A stretch of 64,000 nucleotides of DNA from positions 1-64,000 of the forward strand of contig CAWJBB010000068.1 of assembly GCA_963840855.1 (NCBI GenBank), read 5' to 3'. The position numbers were made by a program, and so were the translations under genes. The notes under the pieces are model-generated. The model was not told the DNA's origin. It worked only from the letters and a program-made list of their open reading frames with translations, and made no database searches. This stretch comes from an uncultured delta proteobacterium. Lineage in GTDB: Bacteria; Desulfobacterota; Binatia; UBA9968. Below are positions 42,836 to 52,704 of this stretch, piece by piece (within the stretch, counting starts at the first letter, position 1; every line of letters starts with the position of its first letter).

Positions 42836-42864
42836 AAGACGCTTTCACAAAAAACCGCATTATC

Positions 42865-43356
42865 CTACATCTTGAACGATTCTGGATCGAATACCGCGCC
42901 GTTGAGCGTGTATTCGCTCTTTACCTCGGTCGGCTTTCGAATTGTCTGGATCACATAGCAACCCGCTTCAGCGTTACGAATGACCTTTGCGACTTTTTCC
43001 GGCGCCTCGCTGGACGTGATTTCACAGCGGGTTTCTACACCCAACCCGTCCGCTTGCAGCGTCTCGCGTAACACCGAGCCTTCGCTTTTGAATTTTGCCG
43101 TGACCAACACTTTCGCTTTGTCGATGTGCGTTTTTAGCATTTCCCCGTACCGGGAAATTTGCGTGAGCAGTCAAAACCCAATTGACAGGCCGAAGTACGC
43201 CAACGGCGGCGGCGCGGTATTGTCACCGCCGATGCGCTCGCCTTCGTCGCAATAAACCGTAAAGCCACGGGCGTGCCCTTCCTTGCGCATTCGCTTCAAG
43301 GTCTGCGCGTCCGCTTCCAGGGCGATTTCCCGTTTTATCTGGACATCTTCAGCCAT
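42865..43356 (-). CDS. OsmC-like peroxiredoxin, probable selenoprotein (in-frame UGA at 43171-43173)
   Basis: Two in-frame ORFs join as DEG-x2-IGGDNTAPPPLAYF-x4-GF[U]LLTQISRYG ... AEAGCYV. Confidence 0.85.
43139..43158 (-). promoter_or_regulatory. SECIS-like hairpin
   Basis: AUUUCCC-GGUACG-GGGAAAU; the loop starts 19 nt after the UGA with G first. Confidence 0.7.
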
Positions 43357-43433
43357 GGTTCCTCCCAATTTTGTTTCCGTTGTTCATGAACCGGCGCCAA
43401 TATATTCAGAATATTTACCGTTGCCAATATCCT

Positions 43434-44513
43434 TTAATGACTTTCCTCGCCGACCCCGGTTTTGCCGTATTCTTCGGCATAGAGATCGAGCAGCACCCGC
43501 AGCAGCGCGAACAGCGCCGGTCCGAGAATGATGCCAACGGCGCCGAAAAGCGCCAGTCCGCCGAGAATACCGAAGAAAAGAAACAACACCGGCAATCCAA
43601 GCCGATTGCCGATCAGCAAAGGTTTGAGAATATTGTCGACCATGCCGACGACTCCGAGGCTCCAGATCAGTAGCCCAATGCCTCTAAGGGTTTCTCCCTG
43701 CAAGAACAAATAAATCGACACCGGCACCGATACGAGCGCCGAACCGCCGATGGGCAATAGCGCGAAAAATCCCGTGATTACCCCCCATAGAACCGAAAAC
43801 GGGACACCGACCACCCAATATGCCAAACCAGCCAGTAACCCCTGGACCATCGCCACCACCAACGAACCCTGCACCACCGCGAGAACCGCATCGACGATGT
43901 TCTTGAGCAGACGCTGTTGATGCTCGCGGTCCATGGGTAGGAGATGTTGAATTTTTCGCAAAAAGTCAGCGCCGTCGCGCAGCATAAAAAACAGCGTGAA
44001 CAAAACAACGACGAAATTGACGGTGAACATCAGCACGTTTTGCGCGATACCTTTAACCTGGCCCACCAAAAACCCCGATGAAACCTGGACCCCTTGAACC
44101 AGCGCTTCCTTCCAGTCGATTTTGAAATCCATCAGTTGGAACGAAACCATGTTCCACCAGCCCAACAGTTTCTGGACCCAGGGCCGAGCCAACCATTCTT
44201 GTTTGCCATCGTCATCCAACAGCGCGCCCACCGACTTGACCAGCGCGGCTGCGTCGTCGGAGAGAAACCAAGCGATTTCAAAACCGGGTGCGATGACCAG
44301 CAGGGTGATGAGCACGACAACAACGATAGCGGCGAGCGTCGCCCGCCCACGTAAGCGCCCGAGCAACCAGGCATAAAACGGATGGACCAAGATGGCGAGG
44401 ATCGCCGCCCAGGTAATAGCGGCCAGGAACGGCGATAGTATCAAGAAGGCAGTGTAAAGAATGAGCGCCAAAAGCGCGAAGAAAAAAGCGGTCACGAGCC
44501 AGTTTGGGTTCAC
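43434..44513 (-). CDS. AI-2E family transporter
   Basis: Multi-TM; FFMLRDG, DNILKPLLIG, GGLALFG-x2-GIILGP. Confidence 0.9.
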   Translation of the reverse strand: MNPNWLVTAFFFALLALILYTAFLILSPFLAAITWAAILAILVHPFYAWLLGRLRGRATLAAIVVVVLITLLVIAPGFEIAWFLSDDAAALVKSVGALLDDDGKQEWLARPWVQKLLGWWNMVSFQLMDFKIDWKEALVQGVQVSSGFLVGQVKGIAQNVLMFTVNFVVVLFTLFFMLRDGADFLRKIQHLLPMDREHQQRLLKNIVDAVLAVVQGSLVVAMVQGLLAGLAYWVVGVPFSVLWGVITGFFALLPIGGSALVSVPVSIYLFLQGETLRGIGLLIWSLGVVGMVDNILKPLLIGNRLGLPVLFLFFGILGGLALFGAVGIILGPALFALLRVLLDLYAEEYGKTGVGEESH

Positions 44514-44837
44514 GATTGATATCTCTTCTCGATGACTTTAACTGTACGCAGAAGGCTGCGGGCCTTCAAGCGCACGGGATTTCAGGCGCGCAGCGTCTCG
44601 AGAAACGTTCGTCAACGTACTCAAAAAGCGCGATGGCGAGGCGCGAGGCGATGGATGTTTCGACGGGGCTGGTCGCGACCGTTCGCACTTGAGGCTCTCA
44701 AAGCGGGCGATTGAGCCCACGAAGCAAGAATCTTTTTCAGCAGCCTGCGAGATTGCCGACCAGCGATTTGGCGTAGTATAAGGATGGTCCAAAGGAAAGC
44801 TCGAAGCATGCTTACGGCGATTTAAAACAGCAATGGT

Positions 44838-46181
44838 ATGCCCAACAAAATTTTGATCGTTGACGACGAGCCGTTTAACCTCGATCTCCTCGAACAGGAG
44901 CTCACGGAACTCGGCTATGCCATCGAGCGAGCGAGCAACGGCGCCGAGGCTCTGCAACTCGTTGACAAGAATAGCCCAGATCTGGTTCTGCTCGATTACC
45001 AGATGCCCGACATGAACGGCATCGAGGTGCTACGCGCCATTCGCCAGGACAACGGCGATCTACCGGTGGTGATCATTACCGCGCACGGCAGTATCGAACG
45101 CGCGGTGGAGGCCGTCAAAGCCCGCGCCGACGACTTCATTACCAAGCCCTTCGATCCCGAGCATCTGGCCTTGGTGGTAAAAAAATGTTTGGAGCGCGCC
45201 CAGCTCAAATCCGACGTCGAGTTCTTCGCTCAAGAACTCGGTGGCCGCAGCCGCCTGATCTCCGGAAACAGCGCGGCGATGCTGCGAATCGTCGCGGAGG
45301 CGAAAAAGGCCGCCACCAGCAAATCCACGGTTCTACTGCTCGGTGAAAGCGGCACCGGCAAGGAACTCTTCGCCAGATCAATGCATGAATGGAGCGAGCG
45401 CAGATTGAAGCCCTTCGTCGCCATCAACTGCGCCGGTCTGGCCAAAGAGCTGCTGGAGAGCGAGTTGTTCGGGCATGAGAAAGGCGCTTTCACGGGAGCT
45501 CATCAATTGAAAAAAGGCAAGCTGGAGCTGGCGCATGGCGGCACGGCGTTTCTCGACGAGATTGGCGAGCTCGCGCTGGAGTTGCAAACCAAGCTCCTGC
45601 GTTTCCTTCAAGAACGAGAATTTGAGCGGGTCGGCGGAACGGCGCCCATCGAGGTGGATTTGCGCATCATCGCCGCTACCAATAGCGATCTTGAAGCGGC
45701 GGTTAAAGCCGGGACGTTCCGCCACGATCTCTTTCATCGCCTCAACGTCATCGCGCTCACCCTCCCGCCGCTGCGCGAAAGAAAAGAGGATATTCCGGCT
45801 CTGGCAGATTATTTCCTGCAGAGATTTTCTTTGGAGACAAAAAAACACTTCGCGGCGATTGCCGACGCCGCGCAGGAGAAACTCCTGGCTTACGGCTGGC
45901 CCGGCAACGTCCGCGAGCTCGCAAACGTCATTGAACGGGCGGTCGTCTTGGGCGATGGGCCGCAGTTAACGCTGCATCACCTCCCCGCCCGTGTGGTCGG
46001 CGCACAACCGGTCGGCGCTATGAATCAGTCGTCGTTCCATGACGCCATCAATAGCTACCGGCGCGAGCTGATCGTCCGCGCGCTCGCCGACGCTCAAGGG
46101 AACCGCGCCGCCGCCGCCAAAGCGCTCGGCCTGCACCGCACCCATCTGATGAAACTGCTCAAAGCGCTTCAGATAACTTAG
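44838..46181 (+). CDS. sigma-54-dependent response regulator (REC-AAA-Fis, NtrC/AtoC family)
   Basis: REC domain, GESGTGKE, ESELFGHEKGAFTGA, WPGNVREL, C-terminal HTH. Confidence 0.96.
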   Translation: MPNKILIVDDEPFNLDLLEQELTELGYAIERASNGAEALQLVDKNSPDLVLLDYQMPDMNGIEVLRAIRQDNGDLPVVIITAHGSIERAVEAVKARADDFITKPFDPEHLALVVKKCLERAQLKSDVEFFAQELGGRSRLISGNSAAMLRIVAEAKKAATSKSTVLLLGESGTGKELFARSMHEWSERRLKPFVAINCAGLAKELLESELFGHEKGAFTGAHQLKKGKLELAHGGTAFLDEIGELALELQTKLLRFLQEREFERVGGTAPIEVDLRIIAATNSDLEAAVKAGTFRHDLFHRLNVIALTLPPLRERKEDIPALADYFLQRFSLETKKHFAAIADAAQEKLLAYGWPGNVRELANVIERAVVLGDGPQLTLHHLPARVVGAQPVGAMNQSSFHDAINSYRRELIVRALADAQGNRAAAAKALGLHRTHLMKLLKALQIT

Positions 46182-46201
46182 AAGAAGTCGAGGAGTGCAG
46201 G

Positions 46202-46240
46202 TGTCGCACTCTTGCTACAGGGTGTATCAAATCGACTACA
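46202..46240. promoter_or_regulatory. tandem enhancer-like sites TGT-N12-ACA x2
   Basis: TGTCGCACTCTTGCTACA and TGTATCAAATCGACTACA, 21 bp apart. Confidence 0.65.
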
Positions 46241-46338
46241 CTAACCGCGGCCTAGGGCCAATAACCTCGCTGACTGCCGCTGGCAATTGTTTAAGGAATT
46301 CAATGGCTTATTTCACAAACTGGGATATATCTAGCGTC

Positions 46339-46354
46339 TGGTATAGGTCTTGCG
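46339..46354 (+). promoter_or_regulatory. sigma-54 promoter candidate
   Basis: TGGTATAGGTCTTGCG with correct GG/GC spacing, ~100 bp downstream of the enhancer-like pair. Confidence 0.65.
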
Positions 46355-46467
46355 CTGGAAATCAGTTCTGGGTGATTTACGACGATCAACAGGCCCAGCA
46401 CCCCAGGTTCAAATTTTTCGCTGCTGGAACGCACCATGCAGCCATGCCGGAAGGCTACGCAAAATTT

Positions 46468-47443
46468 ATGATTAAGAAGATTTTTTTTATTACCGTCCTT
46501 TCGTTTTACTCGTTCAATTTTTCCGCCACGGCGCAGCCAGCAAAGCCATACCGCATCGGCGTTATTCTTCCCGGCGGACCGCTGCACGAGGCAATCGACG
46601 GGCTCAGGGACGGCCTCAGAGAGCTCGGCCTTGAAGAAGGCAAACAATTTGCACTGACGATTCGGGATACAAAGGGCGACGCCAAGGAGGGCGAAGCGGC
46701 GGCGAAGAATTTTGAGCAAGAGAAGGTGAGTTTGATATACGCGCTCAGCCACCTCTGTCACAACGGCGGCAAAGGGGGCGACTGCGAGTATCCCGATCGT
46801 ATTCGGCGTCGGCAGCGATCCGGTCGCCGGCGGGGTCATGGATAGTATTTGCGAAACCCGGCGGAAGGCTTACGGGCGTCCACTACCTGGTCACGGACCT
46901 TACGGCGAAGCGCCTTGAGATCCTGAAAGAGATTCTTCCGAAGCTCAGCCGCGTGGTGACGTTCTACAATCCGGGAAACCGTGTTGCCACAGAAGGCAGC
47001 TGAGTCGGGACGCGAGGAAGCAAAGCGGCTGGGGCTCAAGTTCATCGAGAGACACGTTCCCTCCGTCGAGGAACTTCGCGAAGGCGCTGCAGGCGCTCAA
47101 GACCGGCGAGGTAGATGCTTATTTCTATACCTCGGACGCGATGGTGACCAGCCAGGCTCAACTGATCATCGACACGGCGAAGGCCAAGAAGTTGGCGACG
47201 ATGTTCCACGAGCAAAGCCTCGTCACCAAGGGAGCCCTTGCCAGCTACGGCCAGAACTTCCATGAAATCGGCCGCGCGTCGGCGAAGTATGTGCAGCGGA
47301 TTCTGAACGGCGCCCATCCCCGTGATCTACGAATGGAGACCATTGAGAATATGGAACTGGCGATCAACCTTCAGACGGCAAAACAGCTGGGACTCACCAT
47401 CCCGCCGCAGGTGCTGGCGCGAGCGAAGAAGGTGATCAAGTAG
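46468..47443 (+). pseudogene. ABC_sub_bind (DUF534-type) SBP, multiply frameshifted
   Basis: RIGVI, GLRELG, DPV, GALASYG, INLQTAKQLGLTIPP in changing frames. Confidence 0.8.
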
Positions 47444-47536
47444 GCAAGCGGCGCGAGGCGGCAGGCAACAGGAAGAAATTTTAGATTTTCGATTTTGGAT
47501 TGAGAGGACCAAGTACATGACGAATCGGCCGGATGC

Positions 47537-47643
47537 GAGCAACCAACGAACTTTGAGTTTGTAATCAATCTGAAAACGCCAAACAGATCGGCCTGACGAT
47601 TCCGCCGAATGTGTTGGCGCGAGCGGACAGGGTGATTCGATAG
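47537..47643 (+). pseudogene. isolated 3' end of an ABC_sub_bind gene
   Basis: EQPTNFEFVINLKT / KQIGLTIPPNVLARADRVIR*. Confidence 0.8.
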
Positions 47644-47652
47644 GCGTGAGGC
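47582..47652 (+). repeat. ~71-bp direct repeat left of the TA module
   Basis: Matches 48430-48501; the 30-bp core is also identical at 49536-49565. Confidence 0.85.
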
Positions 47653-47704
47653 GAAAGGCGTGAGAGGCAAGGAGATGCCAAGACGACTGAGTTCCTACTT
47701 CGGA

Positions 47705-48118
47705 TTAAGGGATTATCTCGAAGGCTCGATTCCGATTCATTCGATACGTGGAAAAGCCGCGGCGATCCAGCGTGAAAATCCAGTTTGTTCCCAACTCTTC
47801 GCCCAACACAACCAAGGTGGCGTCGGCAAAATCCATTGGGACATTGCGATATCTCTCCATCAGAGCCGTAACCCGCTGCAAGCTTTTCGCCGAGGACGGA
47901 ACCAAGTGAAAAGCGCCTCTGAGAACAAACTCAAGGCAAACTTTCTGCGCGCGCCACTGGGGTCCGACCAAATAGAGCGTTTCGGTCAACACGGCTTCAG
48001 TGGTGACGACAGGGCCGGTCCAGTTCTCCAACGCCGCTACGCAGTCACCGTGCAGCTTCTCGTCCCGATCCACGAGCGCCACGAAAGCCCCGGTATCCAA
48101 CAACAGTTCATCTTCCAC
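47705..48118 (-). CDS. PIN-domain VapC-type toxin
   Basis: LLDTG, VLTE, MDFADA, TLDRRGF. Confidence 0.9.
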   Translation of the reverse strand: MEDELLLDTGAFVALVDRDEKLHGDCVAALENWTGPVVTTEAVLTETLYLVGPQWRAQKVCLEFVLRGAFHLVPSSAKSLQRVTALMERYRNVPMDFADATLVVLGEELGTNWIFTLDRRGFSTYRMNRNRAFEIIP

Positions 48119-48357
48119 GGCGCAATCGATGGATCAGATAGTCGCGGTGGCGTTGCCCGAGATCGGAGCGGCCGCTGGCAATACTTGCCGAGCAAATCGC
48201 GCACACGCTCGATGGGGCGCACTTCCGGCTGGGTGTCCAGATATTGCTCCAAAGCCTCGCGCACCACTTCTGAACGCTTGCGCTTCAAGCGCTTGGCCGA
48301 CCGCTCGAGCTTTGCGGCTAAGTCCGCGGGCAGGCGCATGCTCAATTGCCGTTCCAT
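48108..48357 (-). CDS. ribbon-helix-helix (CopG-type) antitoxin, apparent 1-nt insertion near 48186
   Basis: LSMRLP-x-DL ... RSEVVREAL; the corrected tail GSIASGRSDLGQRHRDYL overlaps the toxin start. Confidence 0.82.
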
Positions 48358-48373
48358 ATGCTTTGCCTCCTAG

Positions 48374-48392
48374 TGCAATACAATGTAATGCA
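48374..48392. promoter_or_regulatory. palindromic operator candidate of the TA operon
   Basis: TGCAATACA-A-TGTAATGCA just upstream of the antitoxin RBS. Confidence 0.55.
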
Positions 48393-48429
48393 AAGTGGTA
48401 CAAAAGTCCATTCGTACCGAGTAGTCTGG

Positions 48430-48501
48430 AACAGATCGGCCTGACGATTCCGCCGAATGTGCTGGTGAGGGCGGATAGGGTGATTCGAATAGGCGTGAGG
48501 C
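48430..48501 (+). repeat. ~72-bp direct repeat right of the TA module (SBP 3' end)
   Basis: Encodes QIGLTIPPNVLVRADRVIR; matches 47582-47652. Confidence 0.85.
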
Positions 48502-48572
48502 ACGAGGCGGATAGGCGAGAGGAAGAATTCGGATTGAAGCAGAAAATCATGGTTAGGAAATCATGATGCGAT

Positions 48573-49595
48573 TTGCACATCTTTTCCGCAGAATCTAAAA
48601 GCGGCAATCCAAAATCTAAAATGGGTGGCGATCTTCGCTATCGTCTCTCAGTCGCCATCGGTGGGGTGGCGGCCACGGCGCAGGAGCCGGCGAAGGTCTG
48701 GCGGATCGGTGTGCTGGTCTCAAGCTCTGCATCCTTGAATGCGTCCCGTGACGAAGCTCTCCGGCAAGGCTTACGCGAGATGGGTTATGTGGAGGGCAAG
48801 AACATCATCATGGAGTTCCGCTATGCCGACGGTAAACTGGATCGTCTTTCTGAGCTGGCCGCCGATCTGGTTCGCTCCAGGCCCGACCTTATCCTTGTCG
48901 GCGGCACCAGGGTGGCTGTTGCCGCCAAGCAAGCAACCGGCACAATCCCGATCGTCGTGGCGGGGGCCGGCGATCTTGTTGCGGCCGGAGTGGTTGACAA
49001 CCTCAACCGTCCCGGCGGCAACGTCACCGGGGTGTCCAGGCTTTCCCCGGAAATTCTCGGCACGCGAGTGGAGCTGCTCAAAGAAGTCATTCCAAAGGCC
49101 ACGCGCATAGCAACCCTCTTGAATCCTGAAAACCCTGGAAACGCGTCCAGTTTGAGAGAGATCGAGCTTGATGCGCTGGCGTGGGGAATGAGGCTCCAAG
49201 TGCTTGCTGCCCGCAGTCCCGATGACCTGGCAAGCGCCTTCAGAGCTGCGGTCAAGGAAAATTGCAGCGCTCTCATTGTCATGGTCGATGCCCTCTTCAG
49301 TAGCAACCGATCATCGATTGTCGAATTGGCGGTTAAGCATCGCCTGCCCGCGATCTATGACAGAGCCGAGTTTGCCGACGCTGGCGGACTGATTAGCTAT
49401 GGGATGAACTTGGCCGATCTGTCCCGGCGCGCCGCTTGGTATGTGGATCAGATTATAAAAGGCGCCAAGCCCGAGAAGTTGCCGCTAACGGAGCCGGCCA
49501 AGTTCGAGCTGATTATCAACCTCGAAGCCGCGAAGCAGATCGGCCTGACGATTCCGCCGAATGTGCTGGCAAGAGCAGACCGAGTGATCAGATGA
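48573..49595 (+). CDS. ABC_sub_bind (DUF534-type) SBP; start uncertain
   Basis: RIGVL, GYVEGKNI, RPGGNVTG, GGLISYG, QIGLTIPPNVLARAD. Confidence 0.88.
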   Translation: MHIFSAESKSGNPKSKMGGDLRYRLSVAIGGVAATAQEPAKVWRIGVLVSSSASLNASRDEALRQGLREMGYVEGKNIIMEFRYADGKLDRLSELAADLVRSRPDLILVGGTRVAVAAKQATGTIPIVVAGAGDLVAAGVVDNLNRPGGNVTGVSRLSPEILGTRVELLKEVIPKATRIATLLNPENPGNASSLREIELDALAWGMRLQVLAARSPDDLASAFRAAVKENCSALIVMVDALFSSNRSSIVELAVKHRLPAIYDRAEFADAGGLISYGMNLADLSRRAAWYVDQIIKGAKPEKLPLTEPAKFELIINLEAAKQIGLTIPPNVLARADRVIR

Positions 49596-49744
49596 TTGCA
49601 AAATCTAAAATCGGGGCGGGCGATAGCTGATTCGGCCGGGATAAGACTAAAGGTTGGAGTCGACAAGCAATTGTGGATGTAGAGAGTATCGTGTAAGAGT
49701 CGAGAACCGGAACCGATGAAGATTGAAAAGGGATAAGCGCGTCA

Positions 49745-52162
49745 TTGGGAATTTGGAGAAGTGAGCGAAAATTGAAATTTCGCGAATTACCCCTGATAAG
49801 ATTGTTTACCGGGCGCCAGCGGGCCCGTTTGATGCGCGACTATTTTCTTATCTCCGTGCTGCTGGTGGGCGGCGGGCTGACCGCCAGCGGACTGATCGAG
49901 ATCTACTTCCGTTATCAGGAGAGCCAACAGCATTTGGCTCATTTGCAGCGGGAAATCGCCGCCGGCGCGGCCGTCAAAATCGAACGTTTCGTGCAAGAGA
50001 TCCACAACACTCTTAAAGGAGCGACGCGGAGCCGGGAGATCGCGCCGAAGGGTCTAACCACGGAATTTCGCTTTGAGCTGGAAAAACTCCTGCTGATCGC
50101 GCCGGCAATAACGGAAGCTCTCGCGCTCAATCAGTCGGGCGCGATCCAAGTCCAGGCATCGCGGTTACGCACAGTGCTTCCCGAAATCAAGAAAGATCTT
50201 GCGATCTCGCCGGCGTTCCTCCACGCCAAACAAGGCAAATCTTTTTTCGGAACCGTTTACTTCGTGCGCGGCTCCGAACCTTACATGACCATCGCCGTGC
50301 CCATCGAGCGTTTCGCTGGCGACGTCATCGGCGTACTCCAAGCCGAAGTCAACCTCAAGTACATCGGCGATGTGGTCACCAATCTCACCATCGGCAAAGC
50401 CGGGTATGCCTATGTCATCAGCCGCAGCGGCGAACTCATCGCCCATCCCGATATCAGTCTCGTTCTTCAACGCCGTAACGTTTCCCTGCTCGAGTCCACT
50501 AAGGCGGCATTCAGCGGCAAAAGCGGCATTAGCAGCCAACACGCCCTTGTGACTCCCAACATCCAGGGTAAAAATGTTCTGAGTTCCTCCGCGCTCATCC
50601 CCGGTCTCGACTGGGCGATCATCGTCGATCGGCCGGTGGAAGAGGCGTACGAACCCGTCTATGCATCGATGCTCAGGACTTCGGGCCTGCTCCTAGTCGG
50701 CCTCGGCATGGCGCTGATCGCGAGCTTGTTCCTGGCCCGGCGAGTCGTCCGTCCGGTGCGGATTCTCCGCGAGGGCGTGGAGCGCATCGGCACCGGCGAC
50801 TTGAGTTACCGGCTCGATCTGAAGACCGGCGACGAGATCGAAGTCTTGGCCGACGAATTCAACAAAATGACTTCTCGGCTGCGAGAGTCCTACGCCAACT
50901 TGGAGCACAAGGTCGAAGACCGCACGCGCGAGTTGACGGAATCTTTGGCGCAACAAACGGCGACCAGCGAGATTCTCGGAATCATCGCGAGTTCACCGAC
51001 TGACCTTCAGCCGGTCTTGGATGCTCTGGCTGAAAGCGCCGCGAGACTATGCGATGCCAATAGCGCGCAAATTTATCGCGCCGACGGAAATACCCTGAGA
51101 CTGGCGGCCTACCATGGATCACTTCCGGCAACTGAAGAGATTCCGATTGTCCGAAGCTCGGTCGCGGGCCGCGTGTTTCTCGACCGTCGAACCATTCATA
51201 TTGAAGATCTGGCAGCAGAAGTCGAAACCGAATTTCCCGCCGCCAAGCAGGCGCAAGAACGCTTCGGGTATCGAACTTTGCTCGCCACACCGTTGTTGCG
51301 TGAAGGAATTGCCCTGGGTGTCATAGGGATCCGCCGAACCGAGGTGCGTCCTTTCACAGATAAACAAACAGCTCTGCTAAAAACTTTCGCCGACCAGGCG
51401 GTGATTGCCATTGAAAACGTTCGCCTGTTCCAAGAACTGGGCGAAAAAAACGAACAGCTGGAAGTCGCCAGCAAACACAAGTCGCAATTTCTCGCCAACG
51501 TCAGCCACGAGCTGCGCACGCCGCTCAATTCGATTATCGGTTTCACCAGGATCGTCCTGCGCCGGTCCGAAGGAAAGATCGACGTTTTGCAGAAAGAAAA
51601 TCTGCAAAAAGTTTTGATCAGCGCCGAGCATCTGCTCAACCTGATCAACGGTTTGCTCGACCTGGCCAAAATCGAAGCCGGGCGCATGGAAATCTACGCC
51701 GAGACATTCAAGCTGGAAGAAATCGTCCGCATCGCCACTGCAACGGTCGAACCCATGCTGAGAAACGGTAACGTGCGCTTGGTCACTGAAATTGCCGCCG
51801 ATCTACCCCTGATCAAAACCGACCGCGACAAGCTCAAACAGGTGGTCCTCAATCTGCTCAGCAACTCGGCGAAATTTACCGAGAAAGGCGAGATCAAAGT
51901 CGCCGCGTGGACAGTGAATGGGTCGATGAAGCTTGCGGTGTCGGACACCGGCATCGGCATGAACCACGACGCAATCAATTATATATTCGAAGAATTTCGC
52001 CAGGTCGATATGTCGACGACGCGCAAATACGGCGGCACGGGACTCGGCCTGGCCATCGTCAAACGGCTCACGAATCTGCTCGGCGGCGACATTGCTGTCG
52101 AGAGCGAAGAAGGAAAAGGGACGAAGTTCACCGTGACACTGCCGATGGAACTGAAAAGTTAG
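49745..52162 (+). CDS. sensor histidine kinase (TM-dCache-TM-HAMP-GAF-HisKA-HATPase)
   Basis: IAHPD Cache motif, GDEIEVLADEFNKM, FADQAVIAIEN, SHELRTPL, NLLSNSAKFT, GTGLGL. Confidence 0.95.
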   Translation: MGIWRSERKLKFRELPLIRLFTGRQRARLMRDYFLISVLLVGGGLTASGLIEIYFRYQESQQHLAHLQREIAAGAAVKIERFVQEIHNTLKGATRSREIAPKGLTTEFRFELEKLLLIAPAITEALALNQSGAIQVQASRLRTVLPEIKKDLAISPAFLHAKQGKSFFGTVYFVRGSEPYMTIAVPIERFAGDVIGVLQAEVNLKYIGDVVTNLTIGKAGYAYVISRSGELIAHPDISLVLQRRNVSLLESTKAAFSGKSGISSQHALVTPNIQGKNVLSSSALIPGLDWAIIVDRPVEEAYEPVYASMLRTSGLLLVGLGMALIASLFLARRVVRPVRILREGVERIGTGDLSYRLDLKTGDEIEVLADEFNKMTSRLRESYANLEHKVEDRTRELTESLAQQTATSEILGIIASSPTDLQPVLDALAESAARLCDANSAQIYRADGNTLRLAAYHGSLPATEEIPIVRSSVAGRVFLDRRTIHIEDLAAEVETEFPAAKQAQERFGYRTLLATPLLREGIALGVIGIRRTEVRPFTDKQTALLKTFADQAVIAIENVRLFQELGEKNEQLEVASKHKSQFLANVSHELRTPLNSIIGFTRIVLRRSEGKIDVLQKENLQKVLISAEHLLNLINGLLDLAKIEAGRMEIYAETFKLEEIVRIATATVEPMLRNGNVRLVTEIAADLPLIKTDRDKLKQVVLNLLSNSAKFTEKGEIKVAAWTVNGSMKLAVSDTGIGMNHDAINYIFEEFRQVDMSTTRKYGGTGLGLAIVKRLTNLLGGDIAVESEEGKGTKFTVTLPMELKS

Positions 52163-52265
52163 GGGTAAACAGTGAGGAGTGAAGCGAGAAGTAAGGGTGA
52201 GGCGAGATCCCCTGTCTTTCGCTTCTAAATCCAGACTCCTTGCCCAAACTGGAAAGGGAAGACCT

Positions 52266-52633
52266 ATGTCCAAAAAAAAAATCCTCGTAGTCGATGACAC
52301 CGATTTTAACCGCGATCTCGTCGTGCAGTTGTTGGAGGACGAGTACGACATGGTGATCGCGGAGAACGGCGAAGAGGCGCTGCAAAAGAGCGAAAGCGGA
52401 AAGACCGGATCTTGATCTTGATGGACCTCGGCATGCCGGTGATGGACGGCTGGGAAGCGACCAGAATATTGAAGGCCAATGACAATCTCAAGCACATTCC
52501 GATCATCGCCGTGACCTCCCACGCCATGGTCGGCGACGAGATCGACGCCCGCAAGGCCGGCTGCGATGATTATCTGCCGAAACCGATCGACGAAGACCTT
52601 CTGCTCAGAAAGATTAGGAAGTATCTCGGATAG
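52266..52633 (+). CDS. single-domain response regulator (DivK-like), frameshifted near 52390-52410
   Basis: KILVVDD ... ILMDLGMPVMDG ... AGCDDYLPKP across two ORFs. Confidence 0.85.
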
Positions 52634-52704
52634 TTTTGGATTTGCGTTTTGCGATACATGGATGGAGCCTATCTACACAACGCTTGGATTGGAGAAGAAA
52701 AACG

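Noticed and set aside
47582-49565. Repeated 30-mer as a CRISPR array
   Set aside because: Spacing is 0.85-1.1 kb, the repeat encodes an SBP C-terminus, and no cas genes are present.
52370-52420. Programmed frameshift in the response regulator
   Set aside because: It needs two separate 1-nt corrections and has no clear slippery site with stimulator; error or decay is simpler.
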